Below, one piece after another: positions 52,190 through 61,330 of a stretch of DNA of 64,000 nucleotides; positions within the stretch are counted from its first letter, which is position 1, and the number at the start of each line of letters is the position of its first letter. The notes under the pieces were generated by a model, which was not told the DNA's origin, made no database searches, and was given only the letters and a program-made list of their open reading frames with translations. The position numbers and the translations under genes are program-made. This DNA comes from Candidatus Fervidifonticultor tertius (lineage in GTDB: Bacteria; Sysuimicrobiota; Sysuimicrobiia; Sysuimicrobiales; Humicultoraceae): NCBI GenBank assembly GCA_031459235.1, contig JAVKIY010000006.1:2067-66066 (forward strand). The letters run 5' to 3'.

Positions 52190-53413
52190 TCACGAAGCAC
52201 CCGCGAGGCCGAACGCCCGTCCCGCCTCGGCGGCCAGGTACCGGCCGATCGCGAGCGATGCCGTGGCCGCTGGCGACGGCGCGTTCAGCACGTGGATGGC
52301 CCGCTCGGACGAGACGATGTGGAAGTCGTCCACCAGGGTCCCGTCAGGCGCCACGGCCTGCGCGCGCACGCCCGCCCCCCCCCGCTCTAGGTCGTCGGCG
52401 CGCAGGTCCGGAACCAAGCGCCGCAGGGCGCGCGCGAACGCGGCCTTCGAAAGCGAGCGCGCCACCTCGTCCACCCCGGTCCGCCAGTAGCGCCGCGCCA
52501 GGCGCCAGAAACCGGCGTAGCCCAGCGTACCGAGGAGCTCGCCCGGGTGAAGGCGGTTCCACGCGTAGCCCTCGCGCGCGAGCGCGAGCACCGCGTTGGG
52601 CCCGGCCTCGACGCGACCGTCCACCATCCGCGTGAGGTGCACGCCCAGGAAAGGCAGCGCGGGATCGGGCACCGGGTAGATGAGGCCGCGCACGAGATCG
52701 CGGCGCTGCGGTCGCAGGACGTAGTACTCCCCGCGGAACGGCAGGATCCGTACGCCGACGCGCGCGCCGGCGAGACGTGCCACGACGTCGGCATACAGCC
52801 CCGCGCAGGTGACCAGGTACCGCGCGGCGATCTCGCGGCCGCCCGCGTGCACGACCAGGCCGTCGGGCAGGCGACGGACCGCGGTGACCCGCGCCCCGGT
52901 CACGACAGTCGCGCCGCGGCGCCGCACGTCGGTCGCGAGCGCGTCGGCCACGGCGGCGAAGCTCAGGCTCGCGGTGTGCGGCGAGTAGATCGCTTCGACG
53001 GCCGCGGCATGCGGTTCGATCTCGCGGAGCCGCTCGGGCCCGATGTGCTCCAGCCCGGGCACACCGTTGGCGCGCCCGCGCGCGAGCAGGTCGCGCAGCC
53101 GTGGCACCTCCTCGGGCGCAACGGCGACGATGACCTTGCCGGTCGGTGCGATCGGAACGCCTGACGCAGCGCAGAACTCGCGCATGAGCCGGACGCCCTC
53201 GACGCAGAGGCGGGCTCGCACCGAGCCGGGCCGATAGTAGATCCCGGCGTGCAGCACGCCGCTGTTGTGGCCGGTCTGGTGCCGCGCGAGCGCGTCTTCC
53301 TTCTCGAGTAGGGCCACACGGAGGTCGGGATACCGGTCGAGCAGGGCCCGTGCCGTCGCCAGTCCCACGATGCCTCCGCCGACGACGACCACGTCGTACC
53401 GTCCGTCGTTCAC
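52190..53413 (-). CDS. lhgO: L-2-hydroxyglutarate oxidase/dehydrogenase (FAD-dependent)
   Basis: GTG 53413 (VNDGRYDVVVVGGGIVGLATA). HQTGHNSGVLHAGIYYRPGS, PFRGEYY, PFLGVHLTRMVDG, GVRAQAV and NAPSPAATAS closely parallel E. coli LhgO/YgaF. Confidence 0.9.
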   Translation of the reverse strand: MNDGRYDVVVVGGGIVGLATARALLDRYPDLRVALLEKEDALARHQTGHNSGVLHAGIYYRPGSVRARLCVEGVRLMREFCAASGVPIAPTGKVIVAVAPEEVPRLRDLLARGRANGVPGLEHIGPERLREIEPHAAAVEAIYSPHTASLSFAAVADALATDVRRRGATVVTGARVTAVRRLPDGLVVHAGGREIAARYLVTCAGLYADVVARLAGARVGVRILPFRGEYYVLRPQRRDLVRGLIYPVPDPALPFLGVHLTRMVDGRVEAGPNAVLALAREGYAWNRLHPGELLGTLGYAGFWRLARRYWRTGVDEVARSLSKAAFARALRRLVPDLRADDLERGGAGVRAQAVAPDGTLVDDFHIVSSERAIHVLNAPSPAATASLAIGRYLAAEAGRAFGLAGAS

Positions 53414-53491
53414 GGAGGCGGGAGTTCTCGCGCACCGCGGGGCGGACCTGCCGGCAGGAGGCGCGCGCCGTGACCGGAAGTCTGGTGCACC

Positions 53492-55069
53492 ATGGCATCG
53501 TTGCGCGGCACTCTCTTCGCCGCGATCCTTGGCTCGGGCATCGTCTTCCTCGACACGACCGTCGTCAACGTCGCGCTCCCGCGGATCGGCACCGACCTCC
53601 CCGCGACCGTCGTGGGCGTGCTCGAGGGCCAGGCGTACGTCTACAACGGGTACCTGTTGTCGCTGAGCGCGCTGCTCATCCTGGCCGGCGCGCTCGCCGA
53701 CTTCTACGGCCGGCGCCGGACGTTCGTGGTGGGCCTCGCCGGGTTCGGCGTCACCTCGGTGCTGTGCGGACTGGCCCCCACCATGGAGTGGCTGGTGGCG
53801 TTCCGCGTGCTGCAAGGGGCGGCGGGCGCGCTGCTCGTGCCGGGCTCACTCGCGCTCATCACCGCGGCGTTTGGCGGCGAGGCGCAGGGCCGCGCCTTCG
53901 GCCTGTGGGCGGGCGCCTCGGGCGCGACCACCATCCTGGGGCCGCTCGTCGGCGGCATCCTGGTGGACGTGGTGTCCTGGCGCGCCGCGTTCCTGATCAA
54001 CGCGCCGCTGGTCGCCGTGGGGCTGTGGGTGACGCTCCGCGCGGTGGAGGAGAGCCGCGACGAGTCCGCGACCGGCGCCTTCGACTGGCCCGGGGCCGCG
54101 GTCGTGGCGATCGCGGTGGGCGGGCTGGCCTTCGGCGGCATCTACGGGCAGCAGCGCGAGTGGCGCGACCCGCTCGCGTTCGCGGCGCTGGCCGCTGGCG
54201 CCGGAGCCGCGGTGGCGTTCCCATTCCTGGCGGCCCGCTCCCAGCACCCGTTGGTGCCGCTCCACCTGTTCCGCTCGAGAAACTTCACCGTCACGAACGT
54301 CTCGACGCTCGTCATCTACGGCGCGCTCTACGTGACCTTCTACTACGTCCCGCTGTTCATGCAGGGGACCCTCGGGTACACGGCCGCGGCCGCGGGGCTC
54401 GCGGGCATCCCGTCCACCCTGCTGCTCGTGTTCTTCTCGTCGCGCTTCGGGGCGCTCGCCGGCCGCCATGGTCCCCGGCGCTTCATGGCGGCGGGCCCGG
54501 CGTTGATGGCGCTCGGCGTCGCCTGGATGCTCCGCGTGCCCGCGGCGAGCGCGGCCTGGGGGTTCCAGCCGGGCAACCCGGCGACCCTGATCCCGCCGGC
54601 CTCTTACCTGATCGACTTCCTGCCAGCCTACCTGGTGTACGGTATCGGCCTCACCATCATGGTCGCGCCGCTCACCACGTGCCTGATGACCTCGGTGCCC
54701 GTGCGCAACTCCGGGGTCGCCTCCGCGATCAACAACGCCATCTCGCGCATCGGCCCGCAGCTCGCCGGCGCGGCGATCTTCGTGGCGGTGACCGCGGGCT
54801 TCTACGCCGACCTGGCGGCGCGCATCCCCGGCCTCGACGTCTCGGCCGCCGACGTGCGCGCGCGCATCGCGCCCCTGAACCGACCCGCCCCGGACCTGCC
54901 GGCCGACCAGGTCGCGGCCGCGCGCGACGCCTCGACCCGCGCGTTTCGCACGGCGATGCTCATCAGCGTCGCGCTCCTGGCCGCGGGCGCGGCGATCAAC
55001 GCCGTCTGGATCACCGACCCGCCGCGCGCCGGGTCAGGCACGGGCGGCAGCGGCACCGCCCCAGGCTGA
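53492..55069 (+). CDS. MFS transporter, DHA2 (EmrB/QacA-like, 14-TMS) family
   Basis: 525 aa. LDTTVVNVALPRIG, LADFYGRRRTF and RVLQGAAGALLVPGSLALI. Confidence 0.9.
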   Translation: MASLRGTLFAAILGSGIVFLDTTVVNVALPRIGTDLPATVVGVLEGQAYVYNGYLLSLSALLILAGALADFYGRRRTFVVGLAGFGVTSVLCGLAPTMEWLVAFRVLQGAAGALLVPGSLALITAAFGGEAQGRAFGLWAGASGATTILGPLVGGILVDVVSWRAAFLINAPLVAVGLWVTLRAVEESRDESATGAFDWPGAAVVAIAVGGLAFGGIYGQQREWRDPLAFAALAAGAGAAVAFPFLAARSQHPLVPLHLFRSRNFTVTNVSTLVIYGALYVTFYYVPLFMQGTLGYTAAAAGLAGIPSTLLLVFFSSRFGALAGRHGPRRFMAAGPALMALGVAWMLRVPAASAAWGFQPGNPATLIPPASYLIDFLPAYLVYGIGLTIMVAPLTTCLMTSVPVRNSGVASAINNAISRIGPQLAGAAIFVAVTAGFYADLAARIPGLDVSAADVRARIAPLNRPAPDLPADQVAAARDASTRAFRTAMLISVALLAAGAAINAVWITDPPRAGSGTGGSGTAPG

Positions 55070-55088
55070 GGACGCCCGCCCCGCCCGT

Positions 55089-55295
55089 TCATGGCGCCCC
55101 CACCGCGGTAGTCCACGCCGCCGCGACGTCCGCCAGCTCACGGACCACGTCCTCCGCTGCGCGGCCGCGGACGCGCAGCCCGTGGTCGGCGCCATCGATC
55201 ACGTGCAGCGTCGCCTGCGAAAGCCGCGCGACCGTGTCCGCCAGAAGGTCGGGCCGTGCGAAGCCGTCCTTCGGTTGAGTGGTATCATGGAAGCC
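55089..55295 (-). pseudogene. C-terminal remnant of an alpha/beta hydrolase (COG3571-like)
   Basis: The last 68 codons of antisense ORF 55089..55625 read GFHDTTQPKDGFARPDLLADTVARLSQATLHVIDGADHGLRVRG.., which resembles the C-terminus (RDPFG...DGDHDL) of small alpha/beta hydrolases. The rest of the ORF is antisense to guaB and looks like noise. Confidence 0.35.
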
Positions 55296-55338
55296 CGGGG
55301 AGGTCTCGCACCGCTGGCCCCCCGCAGGAGCCGCGCGC

Positions 55339-56781
55339 ATGCACGAGCGATCCATTCGGCTGGGACTCACCTTCGACGACGTCCTCCTGGTCCCCAAGCG
55401 CTCAGGTGTCGCCACCCGCGCGCAGGTCGATACGCGCTCGCGCCTGACCCGCCGCATCGAGGTGGCGGTGCCCATCGTGAGCGCCAATATGGACGCGGTC
55501 ACGGAGAGCGCCATGGCGATCGCGATGGCACGCGAGGGCGGCATCGGCATCATCCACCGGTTCCTGAGCGTGGAGCAGCAGGTGGCTGAGGTGCGCCGGG
55601 TCAAGCGGGCGGAGAGCATCGTCATCGACGAGCCGTATCAGTTCGGCCCGGAGCGCACTGTGCGCGACGCGCTGGCGTTCATGGAGGAGCACGGGTCCGC
55701 GGGGCTGCTCGTCGTCAACGGCGCCGGCCAGCTCCTCGGGCTGGTCACCGCGCGCGACCTCCTGTTCGCGAACGGCGGGGACGAGACGCTGGCGTCGGTG
55801 ATGACCCCGCGCGAGCGGCTGGTAACCGCGCCGCCCGATGTGGACCCGGAGGAGGCGCGTACGATCCTGCACCGCCACCGGATCGAGAAGCTACCGCTGG
55901 TGGATGCCTCGGGCCGGCTGGCGGGACTCATCACCAGCCGCGACATCCGCAGCCGACTGAAGCACCCCTGGGCGACCAAGGACCCCAAAGGGCGCCTGCG
56001 GGTGGGCGCCGCCGTCGGCGTGCGCGGGGACTACCTCGAGCGGGCCGCGGCCCTGGTGGACGAGGGCGTCGACGTGCTCGTGCTCGACGTGGCGCACGGC
56101 CACACCGAGGCCGCGCTGGCCGCGCTCGAGCGTCTGCGCGAGCGCTTCCCCGACACCGACATCGTCGCGGGCAACGTCGCTACCGCCGATGGCGCGCGCG
56201 ACCTGATCGCGCGCGGCGCCGACGCGGTCAAGGTCGGCGTGGGCCCGGGCTCCACGTGCACCACGCGCATCGTCACCGGCGCGGGCGTCCCGCAGCTCAC
56301 CGCCATCCTGGACTGCGCGGAGGCGGCCGCGCCCCACGGCGTGCCGATCATCGCCGACGGCGGCATCCGGAACTCCGGCGACCTGACCAAGGCGCTGGCC
56401 GCGGGCGCGAGCACGGCCATGCTCGGGAACCTGCTGGCCGGCACCGAGGAGAGCCCGGGCGCGCTCGTCATCCGCAACGGCCGCCAGTACAAGACCTACC
56501 GCGGCATGGCCAGCCTGTGGGCCGCGGCGCGGCGGCAGTCGCTGGACAGGCCGGTCGAGGACGAAGACCTGAGCCAGATCGTGGCCGAGGGCGTGGAGGC
56601 GACGGTGCCCTACCGCGGCAAGGCCGGCGACGTCCTGGGGCAGCTCGTGGGCGGCTTGCGCTCGGGCATGAGCTACTGCGGCGCGCGTACCATCGCCGAG
56701 CTGTGGGAGCGCGCCGAGTTCATCCAGATCACAGCCGCGGGCTGGAAGGAGAGCCTGCCGCACGACATCGAGCCGGCCTGA
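55339..56781 (+). CDS. guaB: Inosine-5'-monophosphate dehydrogenase (with CBS pair)
   Basis: ATG 55339 (AGGAG SD). [20 protein letters not shown], catalytic loop [24 protein letters not shown] and [11 protein letters not shown]. Confidence 0.97.
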   Translation: MHERSIRLGLTFDDVLLVPKRSGVATRAQVDTRSRLTRRIEVAVPIVSANMDAVTESAMAIAMAREGGIGIIHRFLSVEQQVAEVRRVKRAESIVIDEPYQFGPERTVRDALAFMEEHGSAGLLVVNGAGQLLGLVTARDLLFANGGDETLASVMTPRERLVTAPPDVDPEEARTILHRHRIEKLPLVDASGRLAGLITSRDIRSRLKHPWATKDPKGRLRVGAAVGVRGDYLERAAALVDEGVDVLVLDVAHGHTEAALAALERLRERFPDTDIVAGNVATADGARDLIARGADAVKVGVGPGSTCTTRIVTGAGVPQLTAILDCAEAAAPHGVPIIADGGIRNSGDLTKALAAGASTAMLGNLLAGTEESPGALVIRNGRQYKTYRGMASLWAAARRQSLDRPVEDEDLSQIVAEGVEATVPYRGKAGDVLGQLVGGLRSGMSYCGARTIAELWERAEFIQITAAGWKESLPHDIEPA

Positions 56782-56807
56782 GCCTGCGCGACTGGGGGGG
56801 GAACGGG

Positions 56808-57161
56808 ATGTCGCTGATCGAGATGCGGTGCACCGCGTGCCGCGTGGGCGAGCCCACGGTCACGGACGAGGAGATCGAGGCGCTGCGGCCGCAGGTGCCG
56901 GACTGGGCCATCGTCGAGCGCGACGGCATCAAGCGGCTGGAGCGGGTCTTCCGGTTCCCGAACTTCGCGGCCGCGCTGCGGTTCACCAATCGGGTTGGCG
57001 CGCTCGCCGAGTCCGAAGGGCATCACCCCGCGCTGCTCACCGAGTGGGGCCGGGTCACCGTCACCTGGTGGACGCACAAAATCCGGGGCCTGCACCGCAA
57101 CGACTTCATCATGGCGGCCAAGACCGACCGCGCCTACCAGGAAGACGCGCCGATGCCCTAA
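56808..57161 (+). CDS. phhB: Pterin-4-alpha-carbinolamine dehydratase
   Basis: ATG 56808. 117 aa. [63 protein letters not shown] closely parallels Pseudomonas PhhB. Confidence 0.92.
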   Translation: MSLIEMRCTACRVGEPTVTDEEIEALRPQVPDWAIVERDGIKRLERVFRFPNFAAALRFTNRVGALAESEGHHPALLTEWGRVTVTWWTHKIRGLHRNDFIMAAKTDRAYQEDAPMP

Positions 57162-57306
57162 GGCGATGCCCGGGGAGCCGGCGCGGTGCCCCCCGTGAGC
57201 CCTCCGGCGGCGACCTCGCGCGCCCCGCAGGGAGTCCGTTCCAGCTCAACATCCTGATGGATGCGTAGTGGGCGCGGACCGCTACGCGCCTTCCCGTAGC
57301 CTATCG

Positions 57307-57335
57307 TTGCAGTCCTGCGGATTCTGGAGTAGCAT
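57307..57335 (+). promoter_or_regulatory. Candidate sigma70-like promoter of the Pot-like operon (TTGCAG-17 nt-TAGCAT)
   Basis: TTGCAG at 57307-12, a 17-nt spacer, and TAGCAT at 57330-35, about 40 nt upstream of ATG 57374 in a locally AT-richer spacer. Confidence 0.35.
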
Positions 57336-57373
57336 GACGGCGAACACGCCAAAAGCGAAGGGTCCGGGGGGGA

Positions 57374-58453
57374 ATGGGGTTGAGAGCACCGGGTTGGCTG
57401 ACTCGCTCGTCGTCGCTGATCTCGCTGGGGCTCGTCGCGGTCCTGCTCGCGAGCCTGCTCGTCCTGCCCGCCGCCGCCGCACCCCGGGTGCGGCTCACGA
57501 TGTTCATCTGGGCCGGCGCGAACCAGGGCGTCGTCCCGCGCGAGGTCGTCGCCCGCTACCTGCGCAGCCGCCCCGAGGTGGAGATCGAGTTCTGGGAGTC
57601 CAACAACGCCGTCACCTACCCGCGGATGATCGCGGCCAAGCAGGCGGACCCCAACCGGCCCCTGATCAACTTCGGGTACTTCAACATCGACATCAGCAAC
57701 CGGGGCGACACGGATGACATGTGGGTGCCGATGAACCCCGCGCGCATCCCGGCCATCAACCGCATCCACCCCACGCTGCGCCGCCCGGGGAACCGCGGCG
57801 TCGGCTACGGGATCAGCGGGCTCGGGCTGATGTACAACAAGAACCTCGTGCGCGAGGCGCCGACGTCCTGGGCCGACCTGTGGGATCCCAAGTGGCGGGG
57901 CCGGGTCACGTTCTTCGACAACAACTTCATCCCGCTGGTACTGGCGGCGCGCATGAACGGGGGCAGCGAGGCCAACATCGACGCGGGGTTCCGCATCTGG
58001 GCCGAGAACGCCCGGAACCTGCGCGCGCTGGTCACCAGCAACGACCAGCTCCGGAACCTGCTCGTGACCGGCGAGGCGCACATCGCGCCGTGGTTCGCCA
58101 GCATCTACAAGTTCTGGGAGACCGAGGGGGCGCCGCTGGGCTTCGCCGTCCCGAAGGAAGGCATGGTCGCCTTCCCGATCTACCTGCAGATCGTCAAGGG
58201 CAGCACCCCCGAGCAGATCCGGGTCGCGGAGGAGATCATCAACGAGCTCCTCACGACCGAGAACAACGCGCGCTACGCGCGGCTGACCTTCGGCGTTCCG
58301 TCGCTGCCCGACGCGGAGATGGCCGAGTCCGTCCGCGCCATCCTGAGCCCCAGGCAGCTCGACACGGCGATCTGGCTCGATTGGGCCACGATGGGGCAGA
58401 AGGCCAGCGAGTGGCGGCAGCGCTGGGAGCGCGACGTCAAGTCGCGGCTGTAG
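57374..58453 (+). CDS. ABC substrate-binding protein, PotD/PotF-like (family 1)
   Basis: 359 aa. Signal/TM (LISLGLVAVLLASLLVLPAAAAP). The context with PotA/B/C-like genes and its size are typical of polyamine/opine-type binding proteins. Confidence 0.8.
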   Translation: MGLRAPGWLTRSSSLISLGLVAVLLASLLVLPAAAAPRVRLTMFIWAGANQGVVPREVVARYLRSRPEVEIEFWESNNAVTYPRMIAAKQADPNRPLINFGYFNIDISNRGDTDDMWVPMNPARIPAINRIHPTLRRPGNRGVGYGISGLGLMYNKNLVREAPTSWADLWDPKWRGRVTFFDNNFIPLVLAARMNGGSEANIDAGFRIWAENARNLRALVTSNDQLRNLLVTGEAHIAPWFASIYKFWETEGAPLGFAVPKEGMVAFPIYLQIVKGSTPEQIRVAEEIINELLTTENNARYARLTFGVPSLPDAEMAESVRAILSPRQLDTAIWLDWATMGQKASEWRQRWERDVKSRL

Positions 58454-58537
58454 CGCCCTGACCGTGCGGCGCGCGGCGCCGGGGGCCGGCGGGCACGCCG
58501 GCCCCCGGTCCGTCCCACGGCCCCGTCGAGCCGGCGC

Positions 58538-59635
58538 ATGAGCGAGCACTCGGTCACGCGCGGTCACGGCGCCGACGTCGAGGTCCGCGCCGTCACCAAG
58601 CGCTTCGGCCCGGTGGCGGCGGTGGATGACGTCTCGCTGACGGTGCGGGGCGGCGAGTTCTTCTCGCTGCTCGGCCCCTCGGGCTGCGGCAAGACCACCA
58701 CGCTGCGGGTGATCGGTGGGTTCGAGCGCACCGACGCCGGCGAGGTGTTCATCGACGGTCGGCCGATGGGCCAGACGCCGCCCAACCGCCGGCCCACCAA
58801 CATCGTCTTCCAACGGCTGGCGCTCTTCCCGCACTACACGGTCTACGACAACGTGGCGTTCGGGTTGCGGATGCAACGCCTGCCCGACGCCGAGGTCCGC
58901 CGGCGCACGCGCGACGCGCTGGATTTGGTGCAACTGCCCGGGCTCGAGAACCGCCGCATCAGCCAGCTTTCGGGCGGGCAACAGCAGCGGGTCGCCCTGG
59001 CGCGGGCGCTGGTGAACGAGCCGCGCGTGTTGCTCCTCGACGAGCCGCTGAGCGCGCTCGACCTCAAGCTGCGCCTCCAGATGCAGGAGGAGCTCAAGCG
59101 GCTCCAGCACCGGCTCGGCACCACGTTCATCTACGTGACCCACGACCAGGGCGAGGCGCTGGCGATGAGCGACCGCGTCGGCGTCATGAACGCCGGCCGG
59201 CTGCTCCAGGTGGGCGCCCCGATGGAGATCTACGAGCGCCCGACGAACCGCTTCGTGGCCAACTTCATCGGCGACGCCAACCTGATCGACGGAATCGCCG
59301 GGGGCGTCGAGCGTGGCCGGGTCACCGTGCGGGTCGGTGGCGGCGTGGTCGGCGCGCGCGCGCGCGGCGACGAGCACGCCGGCGCGCCGGTGACCGTGTG
59401 CGTGCGGCCCGAACGCCTGCGCCTGCACGCGTCGGGCGGCCCGCCGGGCGCCCTGCGCGCGCGGATCGAGGACCGCGCCTTCTCCGGCTACGTCATCAAG
59501 TACCGGCTGGCCGGCGACGGCCTGCGCCTGCACGCCGCGGTGCCCTATGTGGGCGGCGCGCCGCTGTTCGAGGTCGGCGACGAGGTGACCGTGGCCTGGG
59601 ACCCGGACCAGGCGGTCTCGGTGGGCCGGGAGTGA
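58538..59635 (+). CDS. ABC transporter ATP-binding protein, PotA-like
   Basis: Walker A GPSGCGKTT, signature LSGGQQQRVALARAL, Walker B LLLDEPLSALD, H-loop YVTHDQ and a C-terminal TOBE-like domain. Confidence 0.95.
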   Translation: MSEHSVTRGHGADVEVRAVTKRFGPVAAVDDVSLTVRGGEFFSLLGPSGCGKTTTLRVIGGFERTDAGEVFIDGRPMGQTPPNRRPTNIVFQRLALFPHYTVYDNVAFGLRMQRLPDAEVRRRTRDALDLVQLPGLENRRISQLSGGQQQRVALARALVNEPRVLLLDEPLSALDLKLRLQMQEELKRLQHRLGTTFIYVTHDQGEALAMSDRVGVMNAGRLLQVGAPMEIYERPTNRFVANFIGDANLIDGIAGGVERGRVTVRVGGGVVGARARGDEHAGAPVTVCVRPERLRLHASGGPPGALRARIEDRAFSGYVIKYRLAGDGLRLHAAVPYVGGAPLFEVGDEVTVAWDPDQAVSVGRE

Positions 59636-60480
59636 AGCTGCGCGGCCCGGTGATCCTGGCGTTGATGGCGCCGGCGCTGGCGTTGATGGCCGTGCTCTAC
59701 GTCGTCCCGCTCGGCGTCTACTTCATCAACAGCTTTCACGAGTTCCGCGACGGCCGCATCCTCCCGGCCTGGACCCTGCAGACCTACGTGAGGTACTTCA
59801 CCGACCCGTTCTCGTACCGCGTGATCGGCACGTCCCTGCGGCTGTCGTTCGTCGTCACGGCCCTGGCCGTGCTCATCGGCTACCCGGTCGCCTACGCCCT
59901 ACACACGCGCGTCCACCGCCCGGCGGCGCGGGCCGCAATCGCGCTGCTTCTGTTCTCGCCGCTGCTCGTCAGCGTGGTGGTCCGCACCTACGGCTGGCTG
60001 ATCCTGCTCGCAAGCCAGGGCCTGGTCAACACCACGCTGCGAGGCCTGGGTCTGATCCAGGAACCGATCAGCCTACTGTTCAACATGCGCGGGGTCGTGA
60101 TCAGCCTGACCCACATCCTGCTGCCGTTCGCCATCTTCCCGATCTACAGCGTGATGGATCGGCTCGACCTGTCGCTGAAGGAGGCGGCGCGCGACCTCGG
60201 CGCGGGCTGGCGCGAGACCTTCCTCCACGTGACGCTGCCGCTGACGATGCCCGGGATTGTCGCGGGCGCGCTCATCTGCTTCACCCTGGCGCTCTCGGCG
60301 TTCGTCACCCCGCAGCTGTTGGGCGGGGGCCGCGTCCAGGTGTTGCCGCTCGCAGTCTACAACAGCACGGTTGAGATCAACTGGCCGGGCGGCGCGGTGG
60401 CCGGGCTCACGCTGCTGGTCATCTCGATCGCGGCGGTGTGGGCCCTCAACGCGCTGCTCCGGAGGCTGCCAACGGTATGA
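59632..60480 (+). CDS. ABC permease, PotB-like
   Basis: GTG 59632 forms a GTGA overlap. EAA loop LKEAARDLGAGWRETFLHVTLPL. Confidence 0.9.
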   Translation: MKLRGPVILALMAPALALMAVLYVVPLGVYFINSFHEFRDGRILPAWTLQTYVRYFTDPFSYRVIGTSLRLSFVVTALAVLIGYPVAYALHTRVHRPAARAAIALLLFSPLLVSVVVRTYGWLILLASQGLVNTTLRGLGLIQEPISLLFNMRGVVISLTHILLPFAIFPIYSVMDRLDLSLKEAARDLGAGWRETFLHVTLPLTMPGIVAGALICFTLALSAFVTPQLLGGGRVQVLPLAVYNSTVEINWPGGAVAGLTLLVISIAAVWALNALLRRLPTV

Positions 60481-61328
60481 GCGCGGCCGCGCCCGCCGAG
60501 CTGGCGATCGCGATCCGGGAGGCGCGCGCCGAGCGGCTACGCGACGGCGCGCTGCGGGCCATTCTGGTGCTCGGCGTCACGTTCATCCTGCTGCCGCTGG
60601 CCATCGTGGTGGTCTACTCGTTCAGCAGCGTGGCCTACGGCGTCTTCCCGCCGCCGGGCCTGTCGCTCCGATGGTACAGCCACCTCTTTGGCCTGGCGCC
60701 CTTCCGCGGCGCCTTCGTCCGCAGCGTGGTCATCGCGACCGCCGCGACCGGGGTGGCGCTGGTCGCGGGGTTCCTGTGCGCGCTGGCGCTGGTGCGGTCA
60801 CGCTTTCCCGGCAAGGAGGCGCTGCGCGGGTTCCTGCTCTCGCCAATCGTCATCCCCAAGATCGTGCTCGGCGTGGGCTGGTTCATCTTCTTCGCGCGTC
60901 TGGGCCTTCAGGGCGGCGTCGTCCCGATCACGCTGGCCCACATCATCGTGGTGCTGCCGTTCGTCGTGAACATCCTGGCCGCGAACCTGGTGGGCCTGGA
61001 CGAGTCCATCGAAGAGGCGGCCCAGGACCTCGGCGCCTCGCCGCTGCGCGTGCTGTGGCACGTGGTGCTGCCGCAGATTCGCTCCGGGCTCGTGATCAGC
61101 GGCCTGCTGTCATTCATCGTGTCGTTCGACCAAGTGGAGAGCTCCATCTTCTTGACGCGTGGCGAGAACAACACCCTCCCCATCGAGATGTTTCTCTATA
61201 TGGAAAAGTGGCAGGACCCCACGATCGCGGCGCTCTCCGCGCTCCTGATCCTGTTCGCGGCGGCGGTGCTCGCCGCGGCACTGCTGGTCTCGCGCGGCAC
61301 CAACCTGCGCCGCATGCTAGGCCGCTGA
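60477..61328 (+). CDS. ABC permease, PotC-like
   Basis: ATGA overlap. EAA loop IEEAAQDLGASPLRVLWHVVLPQ. Confidence 0.9.
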   Translation: MSAAAPAELAIAIREARAERLRDGALRAILVLGVTFILLPLAIVVVYSFSSVAYGVFPPPGLSLRWYSHLFGLAPFRGAFVRSVVIATAATGVALVAGFLCALALVRSRFPGKEALRGFLLSPIVIPKIVLGVGWFIFFARLGLQGGVVPITLAHIIVVLPFVVNILAANLVGLDESIEEAAQDLGASPLRVLWHVVLPQIRSGLVISGLLSFIVSFDQVESSIFLTRGENNTLPIEMFLYMEKWQDPTIAALSALLILFAAAVLAAALLVSRGTNLRRMLGR

Positions 61329-61330
61329 CC

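Noticed and set aside
55089-55625. 178-aa minus ORF as a complete gene overlapping guaB
   Set aside because: Only the last 68 residues look protein-like. The first 110 codons are antisense to the highly conserved guaB N-terminus and its ribosome-binding site.
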